A DNA stretch of 64,000 nt, taken from assembly GCA_963768175.1 (NCBI GenBank), contig CAVYGQ010000001.1, positions 100,481 to 164,480 on the forward strand, given 5' to 3'. The stretch is from Candidatus Doudnabacteria bacterium (lineage in GTDB: Bacteria; Patescibacteriota; Doudnabacteria; UBA920). Made by a program: the position numbers and the translations under genes. The notes under the pieces were generated by a model. It saw only the letters and a program-made list of their open reading frames with translations, made no database searches and was not told where the DNA came from. Positions 26,228 to 35,081 of this stretch are shown here, in pieces. Numbering within the stretch: the stretch's first letter is position 1; each line of letters begins with the position of its first letter.

Positions 26228-26302
26228 TTGGCTGGGGTGGCAGGATTCGAACCTGCGAATGGCGCCTCCAAAGGGCGCTGCCTTACCACTTGGCGACACC
26301 CC
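26228..26302 (-). tRNA. tRNA-Gln (anticodon UUG)
   Basis: The minus strand reads UGGGGUGUCGCCAAGUGGUAAGGCAGCGCCCUUUGGAGGCGCCAUUCGCAGGUUCGAAUCCUGCCACCCCAGCCA. It folds as a cloverleaf with U1-A72, a 7-nt anticodon loop CUUUGGA and an encoded CCA. It is close to E. coli tRNA-Gln. Confidence 0.9.
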
Positions 26303-26439
26303 AAAATAAGACAACTAAGGTATATTATAAAATAAATTCGGGAAAAAAGAAAGCCCAACCTTGAGTATGGGGAGCTTGCGGAATTTGCGTTTGACAGCCA
26401 AAATGTGCTATAATTTCTTTAGGATTAATCCCTAAATTT

Positions 26440-26700
26440 ATGTCCAATGTAACCCTTGAGGGCATTGCCGCCCTTCTTAAGGTAGAGCTCGATCCAATCA
26501 GAGAAACCCTCGTTGAGCATACTAAAATTTTAACTGAGCATACTAAAATTCTTTCTATGCACACGGCGGCCCTTGACCAATTGCTCACAGAAAAAAAGAA
26601 CAGAGACGACAACAAAACGGTTGGTGATGGCCGCCTTGATTACCTCGAAAAATGGGCAAAGCAAGTCAGCCAGAAATTTGGAATTGAGTTTAAACCATAG
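26440..26700 (+). CDS. Hypothetical small protein (coiled-coil-like)
   Basis: It contains a repeated EHTKIL heptad-like segment. A TTGACA / TGtGcTATAAT promoter-like sequence lies upstream at 26391-26418. Confidence 0.3.
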   Translation: MSNVTLEGIAALLKVELDPIRETLVEHTKILTEHTKILSMHTAALDQLLTEKKNRDDNKTVGDGRLDYLEKWAKQVSQKFGIEFKP

Positions 26701-26784
26701 GCCGTCCAATATTTTTACAATCCGCCAACCGGCGGATTTAATTTTGCCATTTTTGCTTTGGGTTGGTAAGATTAAGGTAGGTAT

Positions 26785-27909
26785 ATGCCAAAACATCAAA
26801 AGGAAAAGGAAATAATTACCAATTTACTGGCGTTTGCCGATATAGTGCCGGGAGGCAGCCGGCCGTGGGATATTGCTGTGCATAATGACGCTTTATATGG
26901 CCGGGTGCTAAGCCAAGGCAGTCTTGGTTTGGGCGAAAGTTATATGGAAGGCTGGTGGGATTGCCCGGAGCTTGACCAGTTTTTTCACAAGCTGATGGCC
27001 GCGGATTTGAACCACAAAATCAAATATACTTTCAGCCTGGCTGCGCATTATTTAAAAAACCGTTTTTTTAACCTGCAAAAGAAAAAGTCCGCCTTTGAAC
27101 TTAAACATTATGACATCGGCAACAAATTGTTTTCCAAAATGCTGGATAAGCGCATGACCTATACTTGCGGCTATTGGGACAAGGCGGCGGATTTGGACGC
27201 GGCGCAGGAAGCGAAATTGGAATTGGTCTGCCGCAAAGTGGGGCTAAAACCGGGAATGAAAGTTTTGGACATCGGCTGCGGCTGGGGCAGTTTTATGAAA
27301 TACGCCGCGCAACATTACGGCGTCAGCTGTGTGGGCATTACCATTTCCCAGGCCCAGGTGGATTTGGGTCGGCAAATGTGCCAAGGATTGCCCGTTGAAT
27401 TTTATTTGCAGGATTATCGCGACCTAAAAGGGCGATACGACGCCGTAGTTTCTTTGGGTATGTTTGAGCACGTGGGCTATAAAAATTACCGGACATACAT
27501 GGAAATAGCCCGTGGCTGTTTAAAGGAAGGAGGCCTGTTTTTGCTCCATACTATTGGCAGTAACACTTCTGACCCGGCCGATACCTCCGACCCCTGGATT
27601 AGAAAATACATATTCACCAAAGGCGCTTTGCCTTCGGTTAAACAAATCGCCAAAGCCGCGGAAAATTTATTTATTCTGGAAGACTGGCACAGCTTCGGCG
27701 CGGATTACGACAAAACCTTAATGGCCTGGTTTAATAATTTCCAGTCAGCCTGGTTGGAGCTGAAACAAAGCTACGGCGATATTTTTTTCCGGATGTGGAA
27801 ATATTATTTGCTGTCTTGCGCCGGAGCTTTCCGCAGCCGCTCTATCCAGTTATGGCAAATCGTGTTTTCCAAAACCGGCATGCCGGGAGGGTATAAATCT
27901 ATTCGGTGA
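26785..27909 (+). CDS. cfa: Cyclopropane-fatty-acyl-phospholipid synthase family SAM-dependent methyltransferase
   Basis: The SAM motif VLDIGCGWGS is present and the overall architecture is CFA-synthase-like. Confidence 0.8.
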   Translation: MPKHQKEKEIITNLLAFADIVPGGSRPWDIAVHNDALYGRVLSQGSLGLGESYMEGWWDCPELDQFFHKLMAADLNHKIKYTFSLAAHYLKNRFFNLQKKKSAFELKHYDIGNKLFSKMLDKRMTYTCGYWDKAADLDAAQEAKLELVCRKVGLKPGMKVLDIGCGWGSFMKYAAQHYGVSCVGITISQAQVDLGRQMCQGLPVEFYLQDYRDLKGRYDAVVSLGMFEHVGYKNYRTYMEIARGCLKEGGLFLLHTIGSNTSDPADTSDPWIRKYIFTKGALPSVKQIAKAAENLFILEDWHSFGADYDKTLMAWFNNFQSAWLELKQSYGDIFFRMWKYYLLSCAGAFRSRSIQLWQIVFSKTGMPGGYKSIR

Positions 27910-27994
27910 TTGTTAATTAACGTTGAGATGGGCACCTTCTCGTAGCGAGAAGGTGCCCATATTTTAAGTATAAAAGATGTTATAATTAAGCTGT

Positions 27995-28573
27995 ATGAAA
28001 AGATTTCGGAAAATCGTAAAATATCTTTTATATATTATCGTAAGCTTTTTGCTGGTAGATTTGGCTGTGGTCGTTTTTTTTAGCGTTTATCGGCCGCCGC
28101 TACAAAAAGCAGATGCAATTATTATTTTAGGCTCGGCCATAAATACACCTTCCTTATATAACCGTACGATGGACGGGTTAAAATTGTATAATCAGGGCAA
28201 AGCCGCCGTAATGGTGCTTTCCGGCGGCGTGGATTATCCAAGGTCCATGCCGGAAGCGGACTATATGGAAAAAGTGATTTTGCAAAACGCTTCCAGCCCG
28301 CTGCCGAATTTAATTTTGGAGCCGAACTCCAACTCCACTTACCAAAATATTGTGAATTCCAAAGCCTTAATCCCGAATGCCAAAAGCATTATTGTGGTCA
28401 GCGACAGTTTCCATTTGGCCCGCGCCGTTTTGATGGCCGAGCGCGAAGGTTTTAGCCCGGTTTACTGGAGCTCGCCCGATCCGGTTTATTACAACAAAAC
28501 CGAACTGGCTTTTTACTATTTGCGCGAAGTTTTTGCAATGATAGATTATATTCCGAAGTTCATTTTTGGATGA
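27995..28573 (+). CDS. DUF218 (YdcF/SanA/ElyC-like) membrane-anchored protein
   Basis: An N-terminal TM helix is followed by AIIILGSA...VLSGG...IIVVSDSFHLARAV, typical of DUF218. Confidence 0.65.
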   Translation: MKRFRKIVKYLLYIIVSFLLVDLAVVVFFSVYRPPLQKADAIIILGSAINTPSLYNRTMDGLKLYNQGKAAVMVLSGGVDYPRSMPEADYMEKVILQNASSPLPNLILEPNSNSTYQNIVNSKALIPNAKSIIVVSDSFHLARAVLMAEREGFSPVYWSSPDPVYYNKTELAFYYLREVFAMIDYIPKFIFG

Positions 28574-28656
28574 ATTTTGCCCTTGACACTGCACCTTTTT
28601 GCTTGTAAGATGATTGGTCTTGCATAACCTGCAAGCGGAAAGAGGAGGATGTAAAC

Positions 28657-29124
28657 GTGAGAGCTTTCTTAGTATTCTTGACATTGTTGGCCCCGACGAT
28701 GGCCAGCGCCCAGCAGGTGGACAAGATTCTGTTCTTCGGTCCGGGGTTTTCTTCGTCCTTGGCGAACGGTGCCAAAAGCGTCTCTGCCATCGGCGGAGCC
28801 AAGCTGGTCATCCACCTTGGCACCGGCGGCTGGTTCTCGCAGCTGTCCTGCTCCGCGAGTTTCGTGGAGCCGCAGATGACGGGAGCCAAGTCGTATTGGT
28901 CCATGCGACCGTCTGTCACTTTGGGTTACCGGTTCCGCAGCGGGAAAAGCCGATTCTCGGTTTTTGACGGGTTCGGCGAAACCCGCAACAAGGTTGGCGA
29001 TTTCCTGCCGACAGCAGTCGGCGGGGTGATTGTCAATCTCAAGGGTCGTTGGGGCGACCTCACTGACGTGAGCAGGAATGCTCAGTCGTGGGGGTTTTCC
29101 ACAACACTCGGCTACCGTTTTTAG
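28657..29124 (+). CDS. GC-rich signal-peptide protein resembling a small outer-membrane beta-barrel (C-terminal ...LGYRF)
   Basis: The gene is ~58-60% GC against a ~42% background. It has a signal peptide (MRAFLVFLTLLAPTMASAQQ), alternating hydrophobic beta-strand patterns and an aromatic C-terminal Phe. Confidence 0.45.
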   Translation: MRAFLVFLTLLAPTMASAQQVDKILFFGPGFSSSLANGAKSVSAIGGAKLVIHLGTGGWFSQLSCSASFVEPQMTGAKSYWSMRPSVTLGYRFRSGKSRFSVFDGFGETRNKVGDFLPTAVGGVIVNLKGRWGDLTDVSRNAQSWGFSTTLGYRF

Positions 29125-29225
29125 GAGGCCACTTTTATGTGGTACTCCGATGCATGAGGCGCGCGGATGCGACAATCCGCGCGTTTCAATCTTAAATTTG
29201 ACGGATTTTGGGGGGTTTGGTATAA

Positions 29226-29476
29226 TATCAGCAATTAAACCCCCACACCAATTTGATATAAATTTGTTAAGGGTTTAGCAAAATCCTCCAACCATTTCAA
29301 AATGAATTGGTGTGGGGGTAAACCAAAGACAGTTGGCCTCCGACTGAAACGTCGGAGTTAATTATCATCGCAAGATGATTGCCCACCGAGGAAGTGTAGC
29401 GCGCCCATTCATGGGCTGCAGCCGATAAATCGGCGCGCTACATCACACTCGGGTAAGCCCGAGTATTTTTGTTCGG
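29226..29476 (+). ncRNA. Candidate structured sRNA (promoter, five consecutive hairpins, intrinsic terminator); class unknown
   Basis: A TGGTATAAT -10 at 29217-29225 is followed by stems aaacccccacaccaatt/aattggtgtgggggtaaacc, ctccgac/gtcggag, atcatc-gcaa-gatgat and gtagcgcgcc/ggcgcgctac. The final stem cactcgggtaagcccgagtg is followed by atttttg. Confidence 0.3.
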
Positions 29477-29542
29477 CGTCATCCTGAACGAAGTGAAGGA
29501 TCTCATTAAAGAGATTCCTCGCTGCGCTCGGAATGACGCCGG
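29472..29542. repeat. Family-1 palindromic element in the rplJ leader region
   Basis: ttcggcgtcatcctgaacgaagtgaaggatctc ... gagattcctcgctgcgctcggaatgacgccgg. Confidence 0.8.
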
Positions 29543-29728
29543 TGAGAGTTGACGGATATTTATTGGTTCACCCTGTTAAATAATTCGCCAAAGGCGAATT
29601 GCCGCGAAGCGGCATTTAACAGGGACACCCTGTTAAATAATTTTTTAGTAAAAAATTACTGCGTAGCAGTATTTAACAGGGTAAAGGTCGATACTAGGCA
29701 CTTAGCACTTAGCACTAATAACTAACTT

Positions 29729-30244
29729 ATGCCAAAAGCTAAATCACAAAAGATTGAAGATCTTAAAGAACTTACGGCCAAACTTAAAGAGGCCAAAGGC
29801 GTGGTCTTTTCCGATTACCGCGGCACAACCGTAAAAGACATGGACATTTTCCGCAAAACCCTGCGCAAGGAAAAAGTCTTTTGCAAAGTCTACAAATTGA
29901 CTTTGGTTAAAAGGGCCATGAAAGATGCCGGCTTAGACGGAGAAATCGCCGACTATAAGACGCCGGTAATACTTTCGGTCTCCAGCGACGACGAAACCAC
30001 CCCCGCCCGTTTGGTCAAAAACTTGTCCAAAGACTTAAAGACTATTTCGGTTTTGGAAGGCATTGTGGACAACAAATTGGTCAACAAGGCGCAAGTTTTG
30101 GCTCTAGCCGACTTGCCGAGCAAAAACCAGCTGCGCGCGCAAATCATCGCCACCATCAATGCGCCGGTTACGGGATTTGTCAATGTTTTGGTTGGCAATA
30201 TCAGAGGCTTGATAAACGTGCTCAACGCAGTCGTAACTAAATAA
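29729..30244 (+). CDS. rplJ: 50S ribosomal protein L10
   Basis: The N-terminus KSQKIEDLKELTAKLKEAKGVVFSDYRGTTVKDM is typical of L10. Confidence 0.9.
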   Translation: MPKAKSQKIEDLKELTAKLKEAKGVVFSDYRGTTVKDMDIFRKTLRKEKVFCKVYKLTLVKRAMKDAGLDGEIADYKTPVILSVSSDDETTPARLVKNLSKDLKTISVLEGIVDNKLVNKAQVLALADLPSKNQLRAQIIATINAPVTGFVNVLVGNIRGLINVLNAVVTK

Positions 30245-30332
30245 TCATTTAAACATCAAAACATTTAAACATATAAACACGAGGCAGACGCTTAAATGCT
30301 TATATGATTAAATGTTTAAATGAAAGGAATAT

Positions 30333-30744
30333 TATGTCAGATGACAAACAAACGATAGAAGTTCCCGCAAAGTTTAAAGCTTTGGTGGAACAAATTGAAA
30401 AGCTTTCCGTTTTGGAGCTTTCAGAATTAGTTAAAGTTTTAGAAGGCAAGTTCGGCGTTTCGGCCGCCGCTCCCGCCATGATGACCCCGGCATTCGCCGG
30501 GGCAAGTGGGCCAGCTGCTGCTGCCGAGGAAAAGACCGAATTCAATGTGGAATTGACCGAAACCGGCGCGAGCAAAATTAATGTCATTAAAGTTGTCCGC
30601 GAAGTTACCGGCGTAGGGCTAAAGGAAGCCAAAGACTTAGTAGACGGCGCTCCTAAAATTGTCAAAGAAAATATGCCAAAAGCCGAAGCGGAAGCATTAA
30701 AGAAAAAGCTGGAAGACGCCGGCGCTAAAGTGACATTAAAATAA
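30333..30744 (+). CDS. rplL: 50S ribosomal protein L7/L12
   Basis: The translation has an Ala-rich hinge and a conserved C-terminal domain ([28 protein letters not shown]...). The ATG at 30333 is the preferred start. Confidence 0.92.
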
Positions 30745-30769
30745 TTTTTATTGCTATAAAATTATTTTA

Positions 30770-30870
30770 ATGTCATCTCGAGCGAGTGCATCCGAGCGAA
30801 GGATCCATTCTTTGATAATATAGCATTATTATTTCAAAGTCATCCCGAGGGCTTTAGCCCGAGGGATCTC
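30770..30870. repeat. Family-1-related palindromic elements (two units) downstream of rplL
   Basis: gtcatctcgagcgagtgcatccgagcgaaggatc and gtcatcccgagggctttagcccgagggatc are each hairpin-forming. A further unit lies at 30958-30995. Confidence 0.7.
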
Positions 30871-30902
30871 TTCTAAGATAATATCGATTAAAATTAAATA
30901 TT

Positions 30903-30936
30903 TAAAACCGCCCCCGTTGCAAGGGGACGGTTTTTA
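30903..30936 (+). terminator. Rho-independent terminator of the rplJL operon
   Basis: aaaaccgcccccgttgcaaggggacggttttt is a GC stem followed by a T-run. Confidence 0.8.
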
Positions 30937-31005
30937 ACTTAAAATGTATTATAAATAGATCCCTCGTCGCTTTGCTACTCGGGATGGCAGCTATAATGTA
31001 AATTT

Positions 31006-32094
31006 ATGTTTGTCAATTTTTGGCAACAATTAAATAAGCCCATTTTTTGCCTGGCGCCCATGGAAGGCGTTACGGACGTGGCTTTTAGGGAAATGTTTGC
31101 GAGATATAGCGGGAATGGTTCCCCCTCATCCGGTCCGCCTACTGGCGGGCCACCTTCTCCCTCAGGGAGAAGGTGTAATGAATTTGTTCTTTTTACGGAG
31201 TTCATTAACGTGGACGGATTAACGCATCCCGAAGGCCGGAAAAAATTGGAAATTGATTTAAAATATACGGGAAATCAGCGGCCGATAGTCGCCCAGTTGT
31301 GGGGCAGATCGCCGTTAAAATTTGAAGAAGCGGCCAAGATTATCGCTTCTTTAGGTTTTGACGGCATAGATATAAATATGGGCTGTCCGCAGGACAAAGA
31401 AATTAAAATCGGTGCCTGCGCCTCCCTTATTAAGGAACCCCAATTGGCCATGGAAATCATCAAGTTTACAAAAAAAGGGGCGGGAGATTTGCCGGTATCG
31501 GTCAAAACGCGTTTGGGATACAGCGAAAACATTATTGGCACGTGGCTCAGGCATTTGTTATCAGCTGGGCCCGCGGCCATAACTGTGCACGGCCGCACCA
31601 AGCAGGAAAAGTCCAAAGTTCTGGCCGACTGGGGGGCTATCGGTGAGGCGGTAGTAATTCGCGATGAGATGTTCCCTCAAAACCCTCACCCTTCACCCTC
31701 TCCCAGAGGGAGAGGGAAAGAAGTTGGCCTGCGGCCGCTAATAATCGGCAACGGCGACATTAAATCGCGGCAAGAGGGTTTACAGCGCGTTAAAGAGTCC
31801 GGAGTTGACGGGGTTATGGTAGGCAGGGGAGCGTTTGGCAATCCGTGGTTCTTTAGATTGGATAGTTATCAGCCAAATATAAAAGAGCGCCTGTCCGTTA
31901 TGCTGGAGCACGCCGAATTGTTTAACGATATTTTGGGCGGCCAAAAATCTTTCTTTATTATGCGCAAGCACTTTAAAGCCTACTGCTCAGGTTTCAACGG
32001 CGCCCATGAACTCCGCGCCAAACTTTTAAGTGCCAAAGATTTGGAAGAAACTAGATTGATAGTCAGCGAATACTTAAACTCCGCCCCGGTATAA
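31006..32094 (+). CDS. dus: tRNA-dihydrouridine synthase (Dus family) with two in-frame palindromic insertions
   Basis: The LAPMEGVTDVAFR start and a TIM-barrel FMN-binding core are present. Insertions encode GSPSSGPPTGGPPSPSGRR (palindrome ccttctccctcagggagaagg at 31163-31183) and PHPSPSPRGRGKE (ccctctcccagagggagaggg at 31695-31715). Confidence 0.85.
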   Translation: MFVNFWQQLNKPIFCLAPMEGVTDVAFREMFARYSGNGSPSSGPPTGGPPSPSGRRCNEFVLFTEFINVDGLTHPEGRKKLEIDLKYTGNQRPIVAQLWGRSPLKFEEAAKIIASLGFDGIDINMGCPQDKEIKIGACASLIKEPQLAMEIIKFTKKGAGDLPVSVKTRLGYSENIIGTWLRHLLSAGPAAITVHGRTKQEKSKVLADWGAIGEAVVIRDEMFPQNPHPSPSPRGRGKEVGLRPLIIGNGDIKSRQEGLQRVKESGVDGVMVGRGAFGNPWFFRLDSYQPNIKERLSVMLEHAELFNDILGGQKSFFIMRKHFKAYCSGFNGAHELRAKLLSAKDLEETRLIVSEYLNSAPV

Positions 32095-32127
32095 ACAAGG
32101 GCGGTTTTAAAAATATTTTTGCGGGTT

Positions 32128-32172
32128 GCGAAAGGAAAGATCCCTCGCTTCGCTCGGGATGACTTTTCTATA
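32128..32172. repeat. Family-1 palindromic element half (gaaagatccctcgcttcgctcgggatgac)
   Basis: It is the reverse-complement version of the family-1 core. Confidence 0.7.
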
Positions 32173-32178
32173 AATAAA

Positions 32179-34218
32179 TTATGGTAAAGTCACTTTGAGC
32201 AAGCCCCCGTCGTTTAGCACGTAAATCGTTTTATTTTTTTCGTCAACCTGGAAATCTTTTAGGCCGGTAAAGCTATCGGAAAGCAGGGTGTTCATTAGAT
32301 TGCCGCTTTTGTCAAAAATTAAAATACGGTTGTTGCCCGGATCCAAAATATAAAGATATTTAAAATCTTTTTGGGTATAAATTTTGCTGTTGCCGGAAAG
32401 CGGGACGGGCAGATTTTGCAAAGCAAAATCGGTTAGCCGGCCGCTTAAAAATTTATTTACGCCGCTTTGGGTTAGCACGTAAATTCCGGTGTCAATGGTT
32501 ATATCCGCCGCCTGGCTTATGCTTGGGTCCGAGGCCGCCACCACGGGTTTGGAAAAAGCGGTTTTGCCGGGCAAAAAGCTGACTATCCGCGCGGTTTTTT
32601 TGTCGGCAACATAAACCCTGCTGTTGGTAGGATACGCCGCTATACCGCCAAAATCGTCCTTGCCCGGCACATTTTGCGCAAACCCTGTGCCCAAAATAAG
32701 GCCTTTGGAAAAATCCCAAATATATAAATTACTGCCGTCGTAAACGCAGGCCTGGGTGCCGCTTAAGTAAATGCCGGACACAGCGTTTAGGCTTAAATTA
32801 AGGGAGCCGTCGTGGATTTGCCCGGTGCTTTTTTGATAGCTAATAATGGCGGAATTTACCTGCGTGGCAACAAAATCCGGCAGTTTGATTAAAGTGTCGC
32901 CCGCCCCCAAACTGCCCAAATTAGTAACCTGGGGTTTAAAGATTTTTTCCATTTGGATTTCTATGTCGTTTTCCTGGGCAACCAATTTGTTGTAAAGGGC
33001 TTTATTCGTGGTGTTTACGGTATTGGCTTTGGGCAGCTTGCTTTTAGCCTGTTGCAAGAAGTTTGAAGCCGAAGTGTCGTCTTTGTATAAAAGCGAGGAC
33101 TGGGCGTTTGACAAAAGCGTCTGGATTTGGGAAAGCTGGGCGGCGGCTTGGCTTTGGGCAGTGCGAACTTTTTTTAAATGGATGGCAATACCGATGTTGG
33201 CAATCACGGCAATAAATAAAATTATTGCGGAAGCCAAAAAAAACTTTTTTGTTGAGCTTAATTGTTTAAAGTTTTCCAGGTTGGCGGTCGTGCGGACAGT
33301 TCTTGCTTGAGCTTTGGTAAATTGCCAAAAACCTTTGCTCTTGGCTAAAAAATTTTTTGTGTTTCCGGAAAAATTTTTTAGTTTTTGGCTGAAAGAAATA
33401 CCGGGCAGGCTGACTTTGGGCACGCGCGTCGGGGCGCTGCCCGGGGCAAAAGCGCTTTTAATGTAGTTAAAAATTTTACCGAATAAACTGGACTGCCCAC
33501 CGGGGGTTTCCACTACGTAATTTTCTAAATCCATTTCCTCTTCCGGAGTTTCGCCTTCCGGAACCTGTAGGTTCAACAAAGTGCCGAAACTGATTTGTGG
33601 TTCCGCATTTTCTTTCAGCAATTGGATAACGGTTTGTGTGGCCGTTAAAAAGTCCGTGTTGCCGAAAACATTCAGCAGGCGGTCCATGGAAACGTAATTG
33701 AACAGCTGGGCCGTGGAAAGCAAAATTAAATCGCCAAGGCGAATCTTGCCTACGGCGAAATTTTCAAAAGTTTTAAGCGGGTGGCTTTTTGACTGGGAGC
33801 ACGAAATGTCGGTGAGTTCGCCGCTTCGTAAAAGGTAGGCCGAAACCTTGCCGCAACTGGCCACGCTTAACTCCTGGCCTTCCTTAACCCCGATAATGCA
33901 GTTTAATTTATCTATCCATTGTGTTTGACCCACGGCGGCCAGCTTGCCGAGCTCTTCGTTGATTTGGCTTACGGCGTTTTCAAAATTGTTTTCTAACGCC
34001 ACTGTCCTGCGGTAACTGCGTTTTAAGGTGGAGGCGATTGCCAGGCAGATTCTTTCACAGGCTTCTTCGGCTGCCGGGTTAAGCAGCGGCAGCTCCGCTA
34101 CCAAATATAGCTCCGCTAAGCCCACCGGTGCTTTTTCCGCCATCACATAAACATAAGTCTGGGAAGATTTATTGTTGCCTAATTGGATTTTAGCGATTTG
34201 TGATTCTAATGCTTCCAT
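32179..34218 (-). CDS. Hypothetical single-pass membrane protein with C-terminal extracellular beta-propeller-like (NHL-like) repeats
   Basis: It has an N-terminal ~330-aa cytoplasmic domain, a TM helix (FFLASAIILFIAVIANIGIAI) and a C-terminus with repeated ...YV.D..N.RI..F... strands. Confidence 0.45.
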   Translation of the reverse strand: MEALESQIAKIQLGNNKSSQTYVYVMAEKAPVGLAELYLVAELPLLNPAAEEACERICLAIASTLKRSYRRTVALENNFENAVSQINEELGKLAAVGQTQWIDKLNCIIGVKEGQELSVASCGKVSAYLLRSGELTDISCSQSKSHPLKTFENFAVGKIRLGDLILLSTAQLFNYVSMDRLLNVFGNTDFLTATQTVIQLLKENAEPQISFGTLLNLQVPEGETPEEEMDLENYVVETPGGQSSLFGKIFNYIKSAFAPGSAPTRVPKVSLPGISFSQKLKNFSGNTKNFLAKSKGFWQFTKAQARTVRTTANLENFKQLSSTKKFFLASAIILFIAVIANIGIAIHLKKVRTAQSQAAAQLSQIQTLLSNAQSSLLYKDDTSASNFLQQAKSKLPKANTVNTTNKALYNKLVAQENDIEIQMEKIFKPQVTNLGSLGAGDTLIKLPDFVATQVNSAIISYQKSTGQIHDGSLNLSLNAVSGIYLSGTQACVYDGSNLYIWDFSKGLILGTGFAQNVPGKDDFGGIAAYPTNSRVYVADKKTARIVSFLPGKTAFSKPVVAASDPSISQAADITIDTGIYVLTQSGVNKFLSGRLTDFALQNLPVPLSGNSKIYTQKDFKYLYILDPGNNRILIFDKSGNLMNTLLSDSFTGLKDFQVDEKNKTIYVLNDGGLLKVTLP

Positions 34219-34405
34219 GAAAAAGTTGGCGGATTTAAGTTTTAAGATTTAAGCCAACCCAAAACTCGGGCTTTAATCTTTAATCCTAAATCATTAATCT
34301 GCCTATAATTATACAACATTTTTTGTCAAATTCAAAACCCAAATATGGATAATCTTTATAAGTATGCTATAATTGGAATAATGACATGAATTAAAAGAAT
34401 TAAAT

Positions 34406-34471
34406 GATTGACAAGATTAGACATAGATAATTCTTGTCAATCTTGGTCAATTATGTCATTCTTGTCAATCC
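34406..34471 (+). promoter_or_regulatory. Operator-like cluster: three copies of an 11-bp site (GATTGACAAGA, then TTCTTGTCAATC twice)
   Basis: An inverted copy lies at 34406-34416 and direct copies at 34431-34442 and 34459-34470. The cluster overlaps TTGACA and TAGATAAT promoter-like hexamers upstream of ORF 34476. Confidence 0.45.
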
Positions 34472-34475
34472 TACT

Positions 34476-35057
34476 ATGCTCGAAGAAATAATAGATTCCA
34501 AGGTAAATTCCGGTGTTTTAAGTTTTTTCCTGGCTATGCCCGAAAGGAGTTTTTCGGTCCTGGAGGTTTCCAGAAGGCTGGGTATTCCATATTTAAAGGC
34601 CGCACACAACTTGGCCAAATTAGCCGGCGTTGGTCTGTTAATAGTTTTTACCAAAAAGACCAAAAAGTATTATTACATTAATCCGCATTACAAGCTTCTT
34701 CCGGAAATAAAAAATTTTTGGGCAAAAAACGGGCAAAAGGGCAAAGACGAATTATTTTTGGCCATAAGAAGTCTGGGCGATGTCCGTGCCGCGTTTTTAA
34801 GCGGCATTTTTACCGGCTATTCCAATTTGCCGGTGGACGTTTTGCTGGTGGGCAAAATCAATTTGTGGAAACTTTCCGATTTCCTTAAAGCCGCAGAAAA
34901 AATGATGGGCCAGGAAATCAATTACAGCATAATGACCGTGGAAGAATTTTTACAACGCCGCGATACTTTTGATAAATTTATTAAAGACGTTTTTGACTAT
35001 CGGCATTTGGCAGTGGTCGACACGTTGCGCAAAAAATCCCCTAAAAGCGCAAAGTAA
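34476..35057 (+). CDS. Hypothetical protein with N-terminal winged-helix DNA-binding domain
   Basis: A MarR/ArsR-like wHTH (SVLEVSRRLGIPYLKAAHNLAKLAGVGLL) is present. The ATG at 34476 is preferred over the listed TTG start at 34434, which lies inside the repeat cluster. Confidence 0.45.
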   Translation: MLEEIIDSKVNSGVLSFFLAMPERSFSVLEVSRRLGIPYLKAAHNLAKLAGVGLLIVFTKKTKKYYYINPHYKLLPEIKNFWAKNGQKGKDELFLAIRSLGDVRAAFLSGIFTGYSNLPVDVLLVGKINLWKLSDFLKAAEKMMGQEINYSIMTVEEFLQRRDTFDKFIKDVFDYRHLAVVDTLRKKSPKSAK

Positions 35058-35081
35058 TCAAAATATGTTATAATTTAGTAT

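Noticed and set aside
23778-26302. Treating 23778-26302 alone as the complete integrative element, with the recombinase outside it
   Set aside because: The recombinase gene ends inside the left tRNA-derived repeat, and AT-rich cargo continues to ~19800. A nested or tandem-integration model fits better. The boundaries are left open rather than asserting a single element.
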